Assembly (NCBI GenBank): GCA_002269645.1
Contig: NIVC01000128.1
Span: 222,216-249,855 of the forward strand
Source: Macrostomum lignano
Taxonomy: Eukaryota
Length of the DNA: 27,640 nucleotides
Reading direction: 5' to 3'
Shown here: piece by piece, positions 10,406 through 27,640 of the stretch
How the letters are laid out: each line of letters begins with the position of its first letter
Numbering within the stretch: position 1 is the first letter of the stretch
The notes under the pieces: model-generated
The model's input: only the letters and a program-made list of their open reading frames with translations
Databases searched by the model: none
Told to the model about the DNA's origin: nothing
Translations under genes and position numbers: made by a program

Positions 10406-12512
10406 GTAAGTTTGGCTGCAATTCAAGCCCCTCCCCTCAATGGATGCCTGTTTTGCTGTAAAAACCCCTGGCAAAATGGAAGTTCTCAGCGTTTTTAGCA
10501 CTGTCTAGCAGTCTAGAGCCCCCCGTTGCGGAGCCAACAATGAATGGAATACAAATGAATGAAACTACATGTAGCTTCTCCTTGCTATAACCTCAGCAAT
10601 TCCCCTTGTAAGCCTTGACATCTCAGCTATTCTCCCTGTGAGTCTTGACATCTCAGCAATGCCCCCATAAAGCCTTGAAATCTCAACAATACCCCCTAAC
10701 CCTAGCACTAACATAACCCTAACCCGACCCCAAAAGCCTTGACCTCTCAGCAATTCCCAAATGAATCTTTAATGTTCGACATGACGCTTCTTTTATTTTT
10801 AAAAGACGCTTTTTCAATCAGCACCCCCCCCAAACAAGGGAAATTGTAATACCAATTTTTTAATAAACTAGACGTAGCTTCTGACCACAGCCTTTTTACC
10901 CTTAGCAATTGCCCCCAAGCCTTGCCATCTCAGTTGGACTCCCCCCTCGTGTAATCACATGAATCAAAGATCGAAGAATCAAAGATCAAAGAAAGATTTT
11001 GGAGGCCGATTGGGCTTATGAAATAAAAAGAGAAAATATGAAAATGAAACTTTCATAGTTTTATAGGTCCTGTTATACTACAGTGTTCCTTGTTGCAAGC
11101 TGTGTTTTGAGTCTCTGCTCATGGGCTACTAAAGTACTGCAGAATGATGTAGAGCTACCCAGGCTCTTCTACTATTATTGGCAGAACTCCTGCCCAAGAT
11201 TGCACCGCATTCACTCCTCTTAAAGGCTCAAGCAACAGCTCAGATGGTGCCAGTCATGACTCGGTTCCTCAGACACCTGGCCAGTGTGCACCAACGCTAC
11301 GGCAGTCTTCCGACGGAGGTGCTTCAGCAGGTGCTCAAGCAGTACTGGGGCGAGATGACCAAGGAGCAGCCGCGGCTAATTGACTACTCAAACAAGTTGT
11401 TATGCGCATTGAACCAAAGGCACAAAATGTCGCAAGAGGTGCCCACGAAATGCTCAAACATTTGCCTGGACGAGCAGTACCAGTACAGCGTTGGGCAGAC
11501 CCCTGGCCCGTGCAGGATCCCAAAGTGAGTTTTGCCCGCTTCGGTCTCATGACTGTTGAGCACCAATGATATGCCCGCAAGACCTAAAACTGACTTCACA
11601 CAGAATCTCTATTGTTCTCAAAACTGTACAGAAGCTCAAACTCCCCATACCGAATCTTCCCATACCGAATCTTCCGATACCGAATCTTCCCATACCGAAT
11701 CTTCCAATACCGAATCTTCCCATACCGAATCTTCCAATACCGAATCTTCCCATACCGAATCTTCCCATTACCAAAATCTTCCCATGCAGCAACTTCATCA
11801 AAGAGATGTACTCTTGCTATTAACTGTGAGCTTTGAATCAAATGAGCCTCATTACCTCGATAAACAGGTCCGCGGCTCCACCATCCAGCTTGGCAAGCTC
11901 TCTCAGCTACTGCTCGAGTACTCAGAATCCGTGGCCGCGGTGGAGCCGCGCACCGCCCTGCTGCGCTCCCTACGGCCGGAGAACTTCAGCCAGTGCGCGC
12001 AGCTTCGCTTCGACTCGGCGGCCAGCATCGGCTCGGAGCGGCAGCGCCTCGAGCAGCTGCGGGTGGAGTGCCGGCCGCTGCAGAGCTTCTTACACCGGCA
12101 CCTGTCCCAGCTGAGAATCTTCGCCAGGTCGCTCAACGTCCAGGTGCTGCAGGAGGAGCGCAGCTACACTGCAATCTCGCTCATGTCGGACCTCGGAGGC
12201 ATCAGCGGCCTGTGGATCGGCGCCAGTTTCGTCAGTATATTCGAGATTGGCGAAATTCTCTGGCTGATGCTCAGCCTGACGGCACTGCAGATTCGCATGG
12301 CTATCGCCAGGGTCAGCACGCGGGACGACGAGACGCCGGACTGCGCGCCGAATCACGTGACCCCGCCGTGGCAGCCCCAGGGTCAGGCAAAGCTGCTCGG
12401 CCGGGAGACCGACCCGCAGGGCCTGTTGAGAGCCGCCAATTGTCAGTTGGGGTCGAACCAACGACTGCACAACGGGCCGGAGCACACGGACTTTCTGGTT
12501 TCAACTGTGTAG
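9215..12512 (+). CDS. DEG/ENaC/ASIC-family (amiloride-sensitive type) ion channel subunit, 3 coding exons
   Basis: Family motifs occur in order: pre-TM1 T-V-HG, TM1 (KLLWCMVLFCTLGGLVVH), MPDVTVCD (FPAVTICN-like), FGNCFTF, GFRVAIH...P...G..VPTG, thumb cysteines (RCGC, HFC, LLC, KCSNIC), Y-x4-G-x3-WP (after a 1-nt correction), and TM2 SDLGGISGLWIGASFVSIFE with the GAS selectivity filter. GT-AG introns join the pieces. Confidence 0.93.
9263..9283 (+). repeat. (CAG)6CAA coding polyQ tract
   Basis: Encodes QQQQQQQ in the channel N-terminus. Confidence 0.9.
10580..10760. repeat. Degenerate ~30-bp repeat in channel intron 1
   Basis: Recurring agccttgacatctcagcaat(t/g)ccc, with a further copy near 10900-10945. 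Confidence 0.6.
11185..11524 (+). CDS. DEG/ENaC exon 2 (thumb C-terminal part to WP motif); 5' boundary uncertain
   Basis: The ORF at 11178 gives KLLCALNQ...KCSNICLDEQYQYSVGQT. The donor is AAA|GTGAGT at 11525. Candidate exon starts after an AG are 11185 (best pyrimidine tract but needs a further indel), 11199, 11226 and 11244 (in frame). WP lies in a shifted frame at 11504-11509. Confidence 0.78.
11646..11783. repeat. 15-bp minisatellite in channel intron 2 (8 copies plus 1 degenerate)
   Basis: Unit (C/G/A)ATACCGAATCTTCC; first base runs c,c,g,c,a,c,a,c. Confidence 0.95.
11868..12512 (+). CDS. DEG/ENaC exon 3 (knuckle, beta11-12, TM2, cytosolic tail)
   Basis: TAAACAG|GTC phase-0 acceptor; translation ...LSQLRIFARSLNVQVLQEERSYTAISLMSDLGGISGLWIGASFVSIFE...; stop at 12510-12512. 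Confidence 0.9.
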   Translation, partial: VRGSTIQLGKLSQLLLEYSESVAAVEPRTALLRSLRPENFSQCAQLRFDSAASIGSERQRLEQLRVECRPLQSFLHRHLSQLRIFARSLNVQVLQEERSYTAISLMSDLGGISGLWIGASFVSIFEIGEILWLMLSLTALQIRMAIARVSTRDDETPDCAPNHVTPPWQPQGQAKLLGRETDPQGLLRAANCQLGSNQRLHNGPEHTDFLVSTV

Positions 12513-12602
12513 TGAAAGGTAGCTGGGCAGGCATTGGAGCTTTGCTGTCAGAATTTTCTCCTTATAATTAGAAAAGGGAATAAATTATGTTTTTAATCCT
12601 TA

Positions 12603-13311
12603 GATTAGCAATCCACTGAGATTAGCAATCCACTGAGATTAGCAATCCTCTGAGATTAGCAATCCACTGAGATTAGCAATCCACTGAGATTAGCAATCCA
12701 CTGAGATTAGCAATCCACTGAGATTAGCAATCCACTGAGATTAGCAATCTACGAAGATTAGCAATCCACTGAGATTAGCAATCCTCTGAGATTAGCAATC
12801 CACTGAGATTAGCAATCCACTGAGATTAGCAATCCACTGAGATTAGCAATCCACTGAGATTAGCAATCCACTGAGATTAGCAATCTACGAAGATTAGCAA
12901 TCCACTGAGATTAGCAATCCACTGAGATTAGCAATCCACTGAGATTAGCAATCCACTGAGATTAGCAATCCACTGAGATTAGCAATCCACTGAGATTAGC
13001 AATCCACTGAGATTAGCAATCCACTGAGATTAGCAATCCACTGAGATTAGCAATCCACTGAGATTAGCAATCCACTGAGATTAGAAATCCACTGAGATTA
13101 GCAATCCACTGAGATTAGCAATCTACGAAGATTAGCAATCCACTGAGATTAGCAATCCACTGAGATTAGCAATCCACTGAGATTAGCAATCCACTGAGAT
13201 TAGCAATCTACGAAGATTAGCAATCCACTGAGATTAGCAATCCACTGAGATTAGCAATCCACTGAGATTAGCAATCCACTGAGATTAGCAATCCTCTGAG
13301 ATTAGAAACCC
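12603..13311. repeat. 17-bp minisatellite, 41 copies plus a partial, downstream of the channel stop
   Basis: Unit GATTAGCAATCCACTGA; 12603-13299 = 41 x 17; variants ..CCTCTGA (copies 3, 11, 41) and ..CTACGAA (copies 9, 17, 31, 36). Confidence 0.97.
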
Positions 13312-13656
13312 TTAGCAAAAGGTAAGCCATGCACATTTTCCCCCTGACTTTCAGAAGCAGTCCCACCGAGTCCCAGGTTAAACAACAAGCAAAGTGGTCA
13401 AGCGAACAGGCCATTTTGGATGCAAAAATAACACTGACTGATTCGATTCAATGGCTGGACCACTGAAGCCCTAGCCGTTCCCTCAAGGTATTATTTTCAA
13501 TGCGCATTACCTGTAGCTTGCTTCCCCCAGGTGCTAATAATTCTCCTCCGCCGAATTATTTTTTGTTTAAATTCGTGCAATTATTTCTCGTCAGAATAAT
13601 ATCATCGTGCCTTGACCAATGATAGATAGCTAGTTTGTGTCATGCTAAATTTTTTA

Positions 13657-13887
13657 TTCTAGAATTTTATTCTACGTACAATTGCATATGTCCCGAGCCT
13701 AAAAAACATTAAAATGGCACGGCTCAGCTCATTGGTTTTATGAATCTATTTTTATCGTTTTTAGCTAACTGTGTAACAATATGTGTAACAGATATGATAA
13801 AATAAATTTATAAAACCAAAAAGTCGAGCTGCGCCGTGAGTTTTTATGATTTTTAGGTATATGGAATGTACGTAGAATACATAGAAT
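13657..13887. mobile_element. Foldback/MITE-like imperfect palindrome (~230 bp)
   Basis: TATTCTACGTACA (13668-13680) pairs with TGTACGTAGAATA (13867-13879). Inner pairs are cctaaaaa/tttttagg, cacggc.cagctc/gagctg.gccgtg and ttggttttat/ataaaaccaa. Confidence 0.65.
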
Positions 13888-16311
13888 CCTAATTTTCTAT
13901 AAGAGCTATAAGAAAGGCACAACATATCAAAAGATGAACATTGGGTTTGCCTCCTATCGAAAGCAATAACAATTTTTGTGCTGAAAAAAATGAAAACTTC
14001 CTATCTCCGTAAGTGTATTTTTCGGCGAAAAACAGCCTTATAAACATTTTCTAAGAAACGAGGTTTCCCGTCCTCCTGCTTGAGTAGGCCTTGGCTACAA
14101 ATTGTGACGCTGTTTGGCATTTGGGCTGCTTATGTAAAACACACGCTGGCACATTATTGTTTTTAAAATTCCATAAAATGAGGCAATTTCTTTTCGGGTA
14201 CACATTTTAGCCTTTCTTTTTCTAAGAAACGAATCTACCCGTCCATCTACTTCTAAGTGGTCCATAACCCAATGAAGCTGGAAAAGTTGAATTCTTCCTG
14301 AATCAAAGTTTCCTAAAACCAATTATACTGTTAGTAATTATTGCGTAATCATGGAAAGCACCGCTTGCCTTTTAGCTGTTGCATTTTATAATTTGTGTAC
14401 ACTGAGTAAGAACTGGCTTGAGTGATAAAAATTATAATAAAGAAATTTAAAGAAGAAATTTAAAGAACACTCGACATCAGCGCCGTGCTACTATAAGTAG
14501 TTTTATTAACGATTTCTCAATTATGTTTAAAGGACTTAAGTCTGGTTATCAGTGGTAGCTACGGCTCTATATAGGATTAAGGCCCCAACTGTGAAAATGG
14601 CTTCTAGTGTCCTGAAATGGGCCAAAAAACCTTTGATATCTTTGATACTGTGGATCCCCTACGAGCATAAAGACTATCTCTTCCTGAAAATTCCCCTCTA
14701 TGGGGAGCTCCCCTCCCTGAAAATTGGAAAATTGGAAAAGTAGGATTCCCCCTACCTGAATCAACCACTCAATGAGGATCCTCCCCTACCTGAAGACTTC
14801 CCCTCCAGAGAACTCCCTATCACTGAACATTCCCGAGATCCTCCTCCTTGCGTACAAACCAGGCGGGAATGACTGGGTTTACTCCCAGCATAAAACGAAT
14901 CAAATAATTTTGCTAGCTAAAATGTTGATCCCCGCAGTTCGTAGTGCCCGCCCGAACAGGTTGCGAGCGCATCTCAATAAAACTGCCATTGAGCAACAGC
15001 TGGCTGGAGTAAAATTGCCAAGTATAAATGATAGCGAACAATGACTTGGTGAGGTCAGTCAGTGCGGATTAGCATAGGCTTAGGATTTGTAGCGGAATAG
15101 TAATCGCTGCATAGGATTAGGCAAAATGACATAAGCCTGGTTTTGCTGCGACATAATTCTAGGAATTTTCTGAGTAAAAAAAGTGTCAAACTATATATTA
15201 CTACGAGTACGAGAATGAGGGCTATACCGAAATTTAGTAAGCTTACTGGGCTTCTGCCATATTAGAATATTAAGAAGACAATAAGTGATTCGCAGGCCCC
15301 AAAGCGATCATTACTTATATTATTAGACATTAAATTAGGGTCGGGGCTGAGTGTAGATAAGATTAGTAAGGGTGGATTGCGCGACTGAGGGAAGAGAAAA
15401 AATTGAAGAGCCAATCAGAAGGCAGCGAGGGAGAGATAAGAATAGCAAGGTTGAACAAGACAGAGAGAAAACAGTAAACAAAGCCAAGAGCAGATGAACT
15501 GAATAGATTACTGAGAAAGTTGCGATAAGGGCTTCAATGAACATTCTAATCTGGTCTTCAAATCCTACTTCAAGTTAAGGTCACGTGTAAAATAACTTTC
15601 TCAGTGTGAAAAATAATTACCGGCTTGCTTTTAGAGATTTGACTAAAGGCAAATTCACTTGATAGTAGAGTTAGTTGGGGTGTTTAAAGGTTCTAAGCTT
15701 TATAGCTTTTGGGTGTTTAACTATTGTTTAACAATGTCCCTTTTTGGCGCGAATTTGAACTGGATGTAGTTTAACTCAACTGGAACTTAACAAACATGAG
15801 CAGCAGCCAATAAAATAATTTCAAGCATTTCCTTCGTTCGTAACTTTCTAAGAAACAAGTTTCCAGTTCTACTTGAAGTAGTGGTCGTTGATAATTCTCG
15901 AATATGGACGAACTTTAGTAAAATAAAGGGAGAAAAACTAAAGTATAGGAATTTAATCAGAACACATTTTATTCATAATTGTTCATTATAACAAGCAGTT
16001 ACGCAATGTAATTCCGTCTATCGATCAGATAATTAGCATGACGTAGACTCCGACGGCTTGAAACATGACAAGCATCATTAGCAGTCCCAGGCCGATGACT
16101 GACAGGGGCACTGACATGTCCATCATGCTTCTCGATATGCGTGTGTGTTGAACTGGCTAAGTCGTATAATAATAGCTATAGCTACTAATAAATATCATAT
16201 GCTCGAAGACCTCGAATGCGACACAAGCAACTTCAAATGTGGCCTTTTCTACTGTGACTGGGGTTTAAAGGCCTAATAACGTTCTAAAAAAGAGTCGTCT
16301 ATGGTCAAAAG

Positions 16312-16600
16312 CAGGGGTCCGCAAACTTTTTTACATCAGGGCCCAGATATGAAGTCCAGCTCATGGATGCGGGCCAGGCGTGAGAGGAAAGGAGAGGGAG
16401 TAGAAAATGAGAGATGAGAGAAGAGAGGGAGAGGGAAGAGAAGATGAGAAGAGAGAAGAGAGGAGAAAAGAGGAGAGAAAAGAGGAAAGGGGATAGAAAA
16501 GAAGGGAGAGAGGACAAAGGAGAAGAGAAGAGAGCTGAGAAGAGACACAAACCTTGAGTGGGTCGGATTGCTAGCTTGTATTTTGAAGCTTCAAAGGGCA
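16312..16600 (-). mobile_element. hAT-like MITE copy 2 (opposite orientation to 4394-4957, truncated)
   Basis: Starts CAGGGGTCCGCAAACT. Shares gcgggccag.cg, an AG-rich core and gacacaaaccttgag...cggattgcta...ttcaaagg with the reverse complement of copy 1. Confidence 0.72.
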
Positions 16601-16803
16601 TATGGCACGAGGCACCAAATGCAAATCAAATGGTATAAGTGATCCTTTTCAGTTCAATATCAACAAAACTTGCATTCTATTTCGACAAGCTGACATTCAT
16701 TTTCATCATTCTATATTTAGCGATATTTATTTATACTTCAACGGTCATTCAATTTCGGCAAGGACCCATTCAATTTCGGCAATTGGAAGTTCTATTTGTA
16801 TAT

Positions 16804-17540
16804 TATACCTTTTTGCGATCTAGTTTGCCAAAACTGCAATCAATTTTGCCCGCGGAAAAATATCACTTATAATTTTGCTGTCTATACGCCAAGTCTGCTC
16901 AGTCATGACCAGAGTTTCAGCCACAGACAACTCTTTGAAAACTGCAATCAATCTTGTCAAAACTGCGACCTATTTTGCCCATAGCAAAGAAAAAACCACA
17001 GACATGCATAGCAAGATCAAAGAATTGCCCAGCGTGGACCTTATAACAGGATTTCAGCGAAGGACCGGCAGCGATTGATTCAAGCATATCAGGATGGAGA
17101 GGACTGGCAAGATTTCGGTAGGCTGTTGGGCATCTCACGAAGAACCGTGACTTACATAGTTGGACAATTCAACGCAACCGGTCGTATAGAGCCTCTGCCT
17201 CGCGGAGGTGCCAAGCGGAGGTCCCTTAACAATGCTATGATTGAGAGCATTTGTGCCCACGTCTACCATTATAAACTCGCTGTTTATTGTTCACTGTTAC
17301 AGTTTATTTCGTCACACTTCCGAATTGATTCTCAATAAAAAATCTTTTTGGCTTGCTATGGGCAAACTAGGTCGCAGTTTTGGCAAAATTGATCGCAGTT
17401 TTCAAAGAGTTGTCTGTGGCTGAAACTCTGGTCATGACTGAGCAGACTTGGCCTAGACAGCAAAACTATAAGTGATATTTTTATGCGGGCAAAATTGATA
17501 GCAGTTTTGGCAAAGTACTGGTAGATCGCAAAAAGGTATA
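16804..17540 (+). mobile_element. Internally deleted Tc1/mariner-IS630 superfamily element with ~185-bp TIRs
   Basis: 16804-16987 is the inverted repeat of 17353-17540, with TA at both ends. The interior (from ~17030) encodes RGPYNRISAKDRQRLIQAYQDGED...LLGISRRTVTYIVGQFNATG....RGGAKRRSL, a Tc1-type HTH N-terminus. There is no DDE domain. Confidence 0.88.
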
Positions 17541-17555
17541 TTACATAGGCTTTAA

Positions 17556-17880
17556 GGGCGATAATGGGAAAGCCAGAGGGCGCCGAAGGGATTTCTCATT
17601 ATCGCCCGCAAATCCTGGGTAATACTGTGATTGTATCATGACTTCGTGGCTATCGGGCGGGCTGATATTCGATTATTGCCATAGACGGTTTCATTTTGGC
17701 CCGAAAAGTCGGGCCGATAATGGATTATTTCCTTTATTCTTTCTCTTACAGTTGAACTGCATAGTTTTCTCACTAAATCAATAAATCAATCAATCAATCA
17801 ATAAATCAATAGATAATGGGCAGATAATAGATAACGCGTCAGCGGAATGGGCAGAATTGCCGGGACGATGTCGCCGAAGG
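17556..17880. mobile_element. Unclassified hairpin-rich non-autonomous repeat
   Basis: Stem GGGCGATAATG...CATTATCGCCC (17556-17607), hairpin GGCCCGA-aaag-TCGGGCC (17698-17715), (TCAA)n at ~17774-17808, and a segment repeated at 6070-6126. Confidence 0.45.
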
Positions 17881-18696
17881 CGTTGACGTGCTACGGTGCC
17901 CACATCCCTCCTGCAAATATTTCAATTTATATCTGTAATCTTGATGGACTCAAATCAGTTTAGAGCTATTCAGACACGGTCAGTGTACAATGAATTAAGC
18001 AATAATTAATATATACTGTCGTATGGTTACCAGAAAGTACAATCATTAAATAACATAGCTTATATTTCAGAATAGTTTTAGTTTGCCAGAACTAAAAGCT
18101 GTTTCAGACGAATGATAATCATAAACATATAATGTTGCATTAATATTAGCATTCGATCGTTGTTTTAATCGCAAAAAAAGTTAACTTGTCAGAAAAAATG
18201 TATTTCCAAGGGTCACATTGACTGTAGTGGATTCATTCCATTATTTGCTGCATTTTGATTTAAAAAGCTCGTACATTGCTACTGCACAGACTGATAAGTA
18301 GAGAGTAAAGCGCGAGAATAACAAATTTAAGTGGTAAAATGGAAGATTTCATAATCGGGGTCGTTGGGGTGTTTGCTTTTGAATTTACTTTAGTTTTTGA
18401 GCAGTGTAAGAAGCACTGCGGACAGATCCAATTGTGTAATTATAAAACTGAGTCATTTTTTAGTCTATCAACCCAATTCGTATTGTGGAATATCAGGTGC
18501 ACTCGCAGGCAAGATGATTGCATGGACCAACTCAAGCAGTAGGACGTTACACAGGCAAATCGTGCAAATCGTTTGATGATTCGGTGCTTCCGGAAACTTG
18601 CAGAGAAAACAGGCGGTTCGCACGGTCTGCAAGTGTAGCGGTCTTCTGCTTTAGCGGGTCTTCTGCTTTAGCGGTCCATGGTCCATTGATGGACGG

Positions 18697-27471
<8,775 letters not shown>

Positions 27472-27640
27472 TTCTGTGCTCTGGGTGGGGTGGGGGCTTC
27501 GTTGCTAAGCAAAAACTGCATGACTGAATAAGGTGCGAAGACGCTCCACTTGTGTGAGTCGATTTTAGTGACCTTTTTCAGTTTTTTTAGAGGTCACTGA
27601 GGTCACTCTGTATGCATCTGCAGGTAGATTGAGGTCACTG

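Noticed and set aside
11556-11867. N-terminal part of the 318-aa ORF (HTESS repeats) as coding
   Set aside because: It lies in channel intron 2; the phase-0 acceptor at 11867/11868 starts the homologous sequence.
12603-13311. CRISPR-like array
   Set aside because: Head-to-tail 17-bp units have no unique spacers, no cas genes are present and the context is eukaryotic.
14923-15543. Solo LTR (TGT...ACA)
   Set aside because: The flanks TAAAA and TTCTA do not form a target duplication, and there is no PBS/PPT or second LTR.

Overview
Eukaryotic, intron-containing, repeat-dense DNA. The exon style and abundance of minisatellites resemble a flatworm such as Macrostomum, but this is inference only. 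No prokaryotic operons or CRISPR arrays are present. Two convergent host genes can be reconstructed. (1) A three-exon DEG/ENaC/ASIC-family channel subunit on + (9215-12512). (2) An eight-exon, three-Ig-domain, probably GPI-anchored Lachesin/IgLON/DIP-like adhesion protein on - (about 27471-18697), in which six of seven introns carry their own unrelated tandem array. Both genes need a single extra base to splice into canonical proteins, which points to deletion-biased assembly error, a young pseudogene or recoding. Bases 3520-7700 are a nested transposon stack: two tRNA-headed SINEs, a small hairpin insertion with a 9-bp target duplication, a hAT-like MITE and two divergent LINE RT relics, one of which contains an in-frame 17 x 39-bp expansion of its own RT sequence. 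The intergenic region holds a 41 x 17-bp array, a foldback element, a second inverted hAT-MITE copy, an internally deleted Tc1/IS630-like element and a hairpin-rich unclassified element. Most long ORFs in the supplied track are by-products of tandem repeats. I found no demonstrably new biological system. The best leads are the recurrent +1 indels, the Cys-to-His Ig1 domain, the insert-rich channel, the stop-free intron 5 and the repeat-expanded RT.
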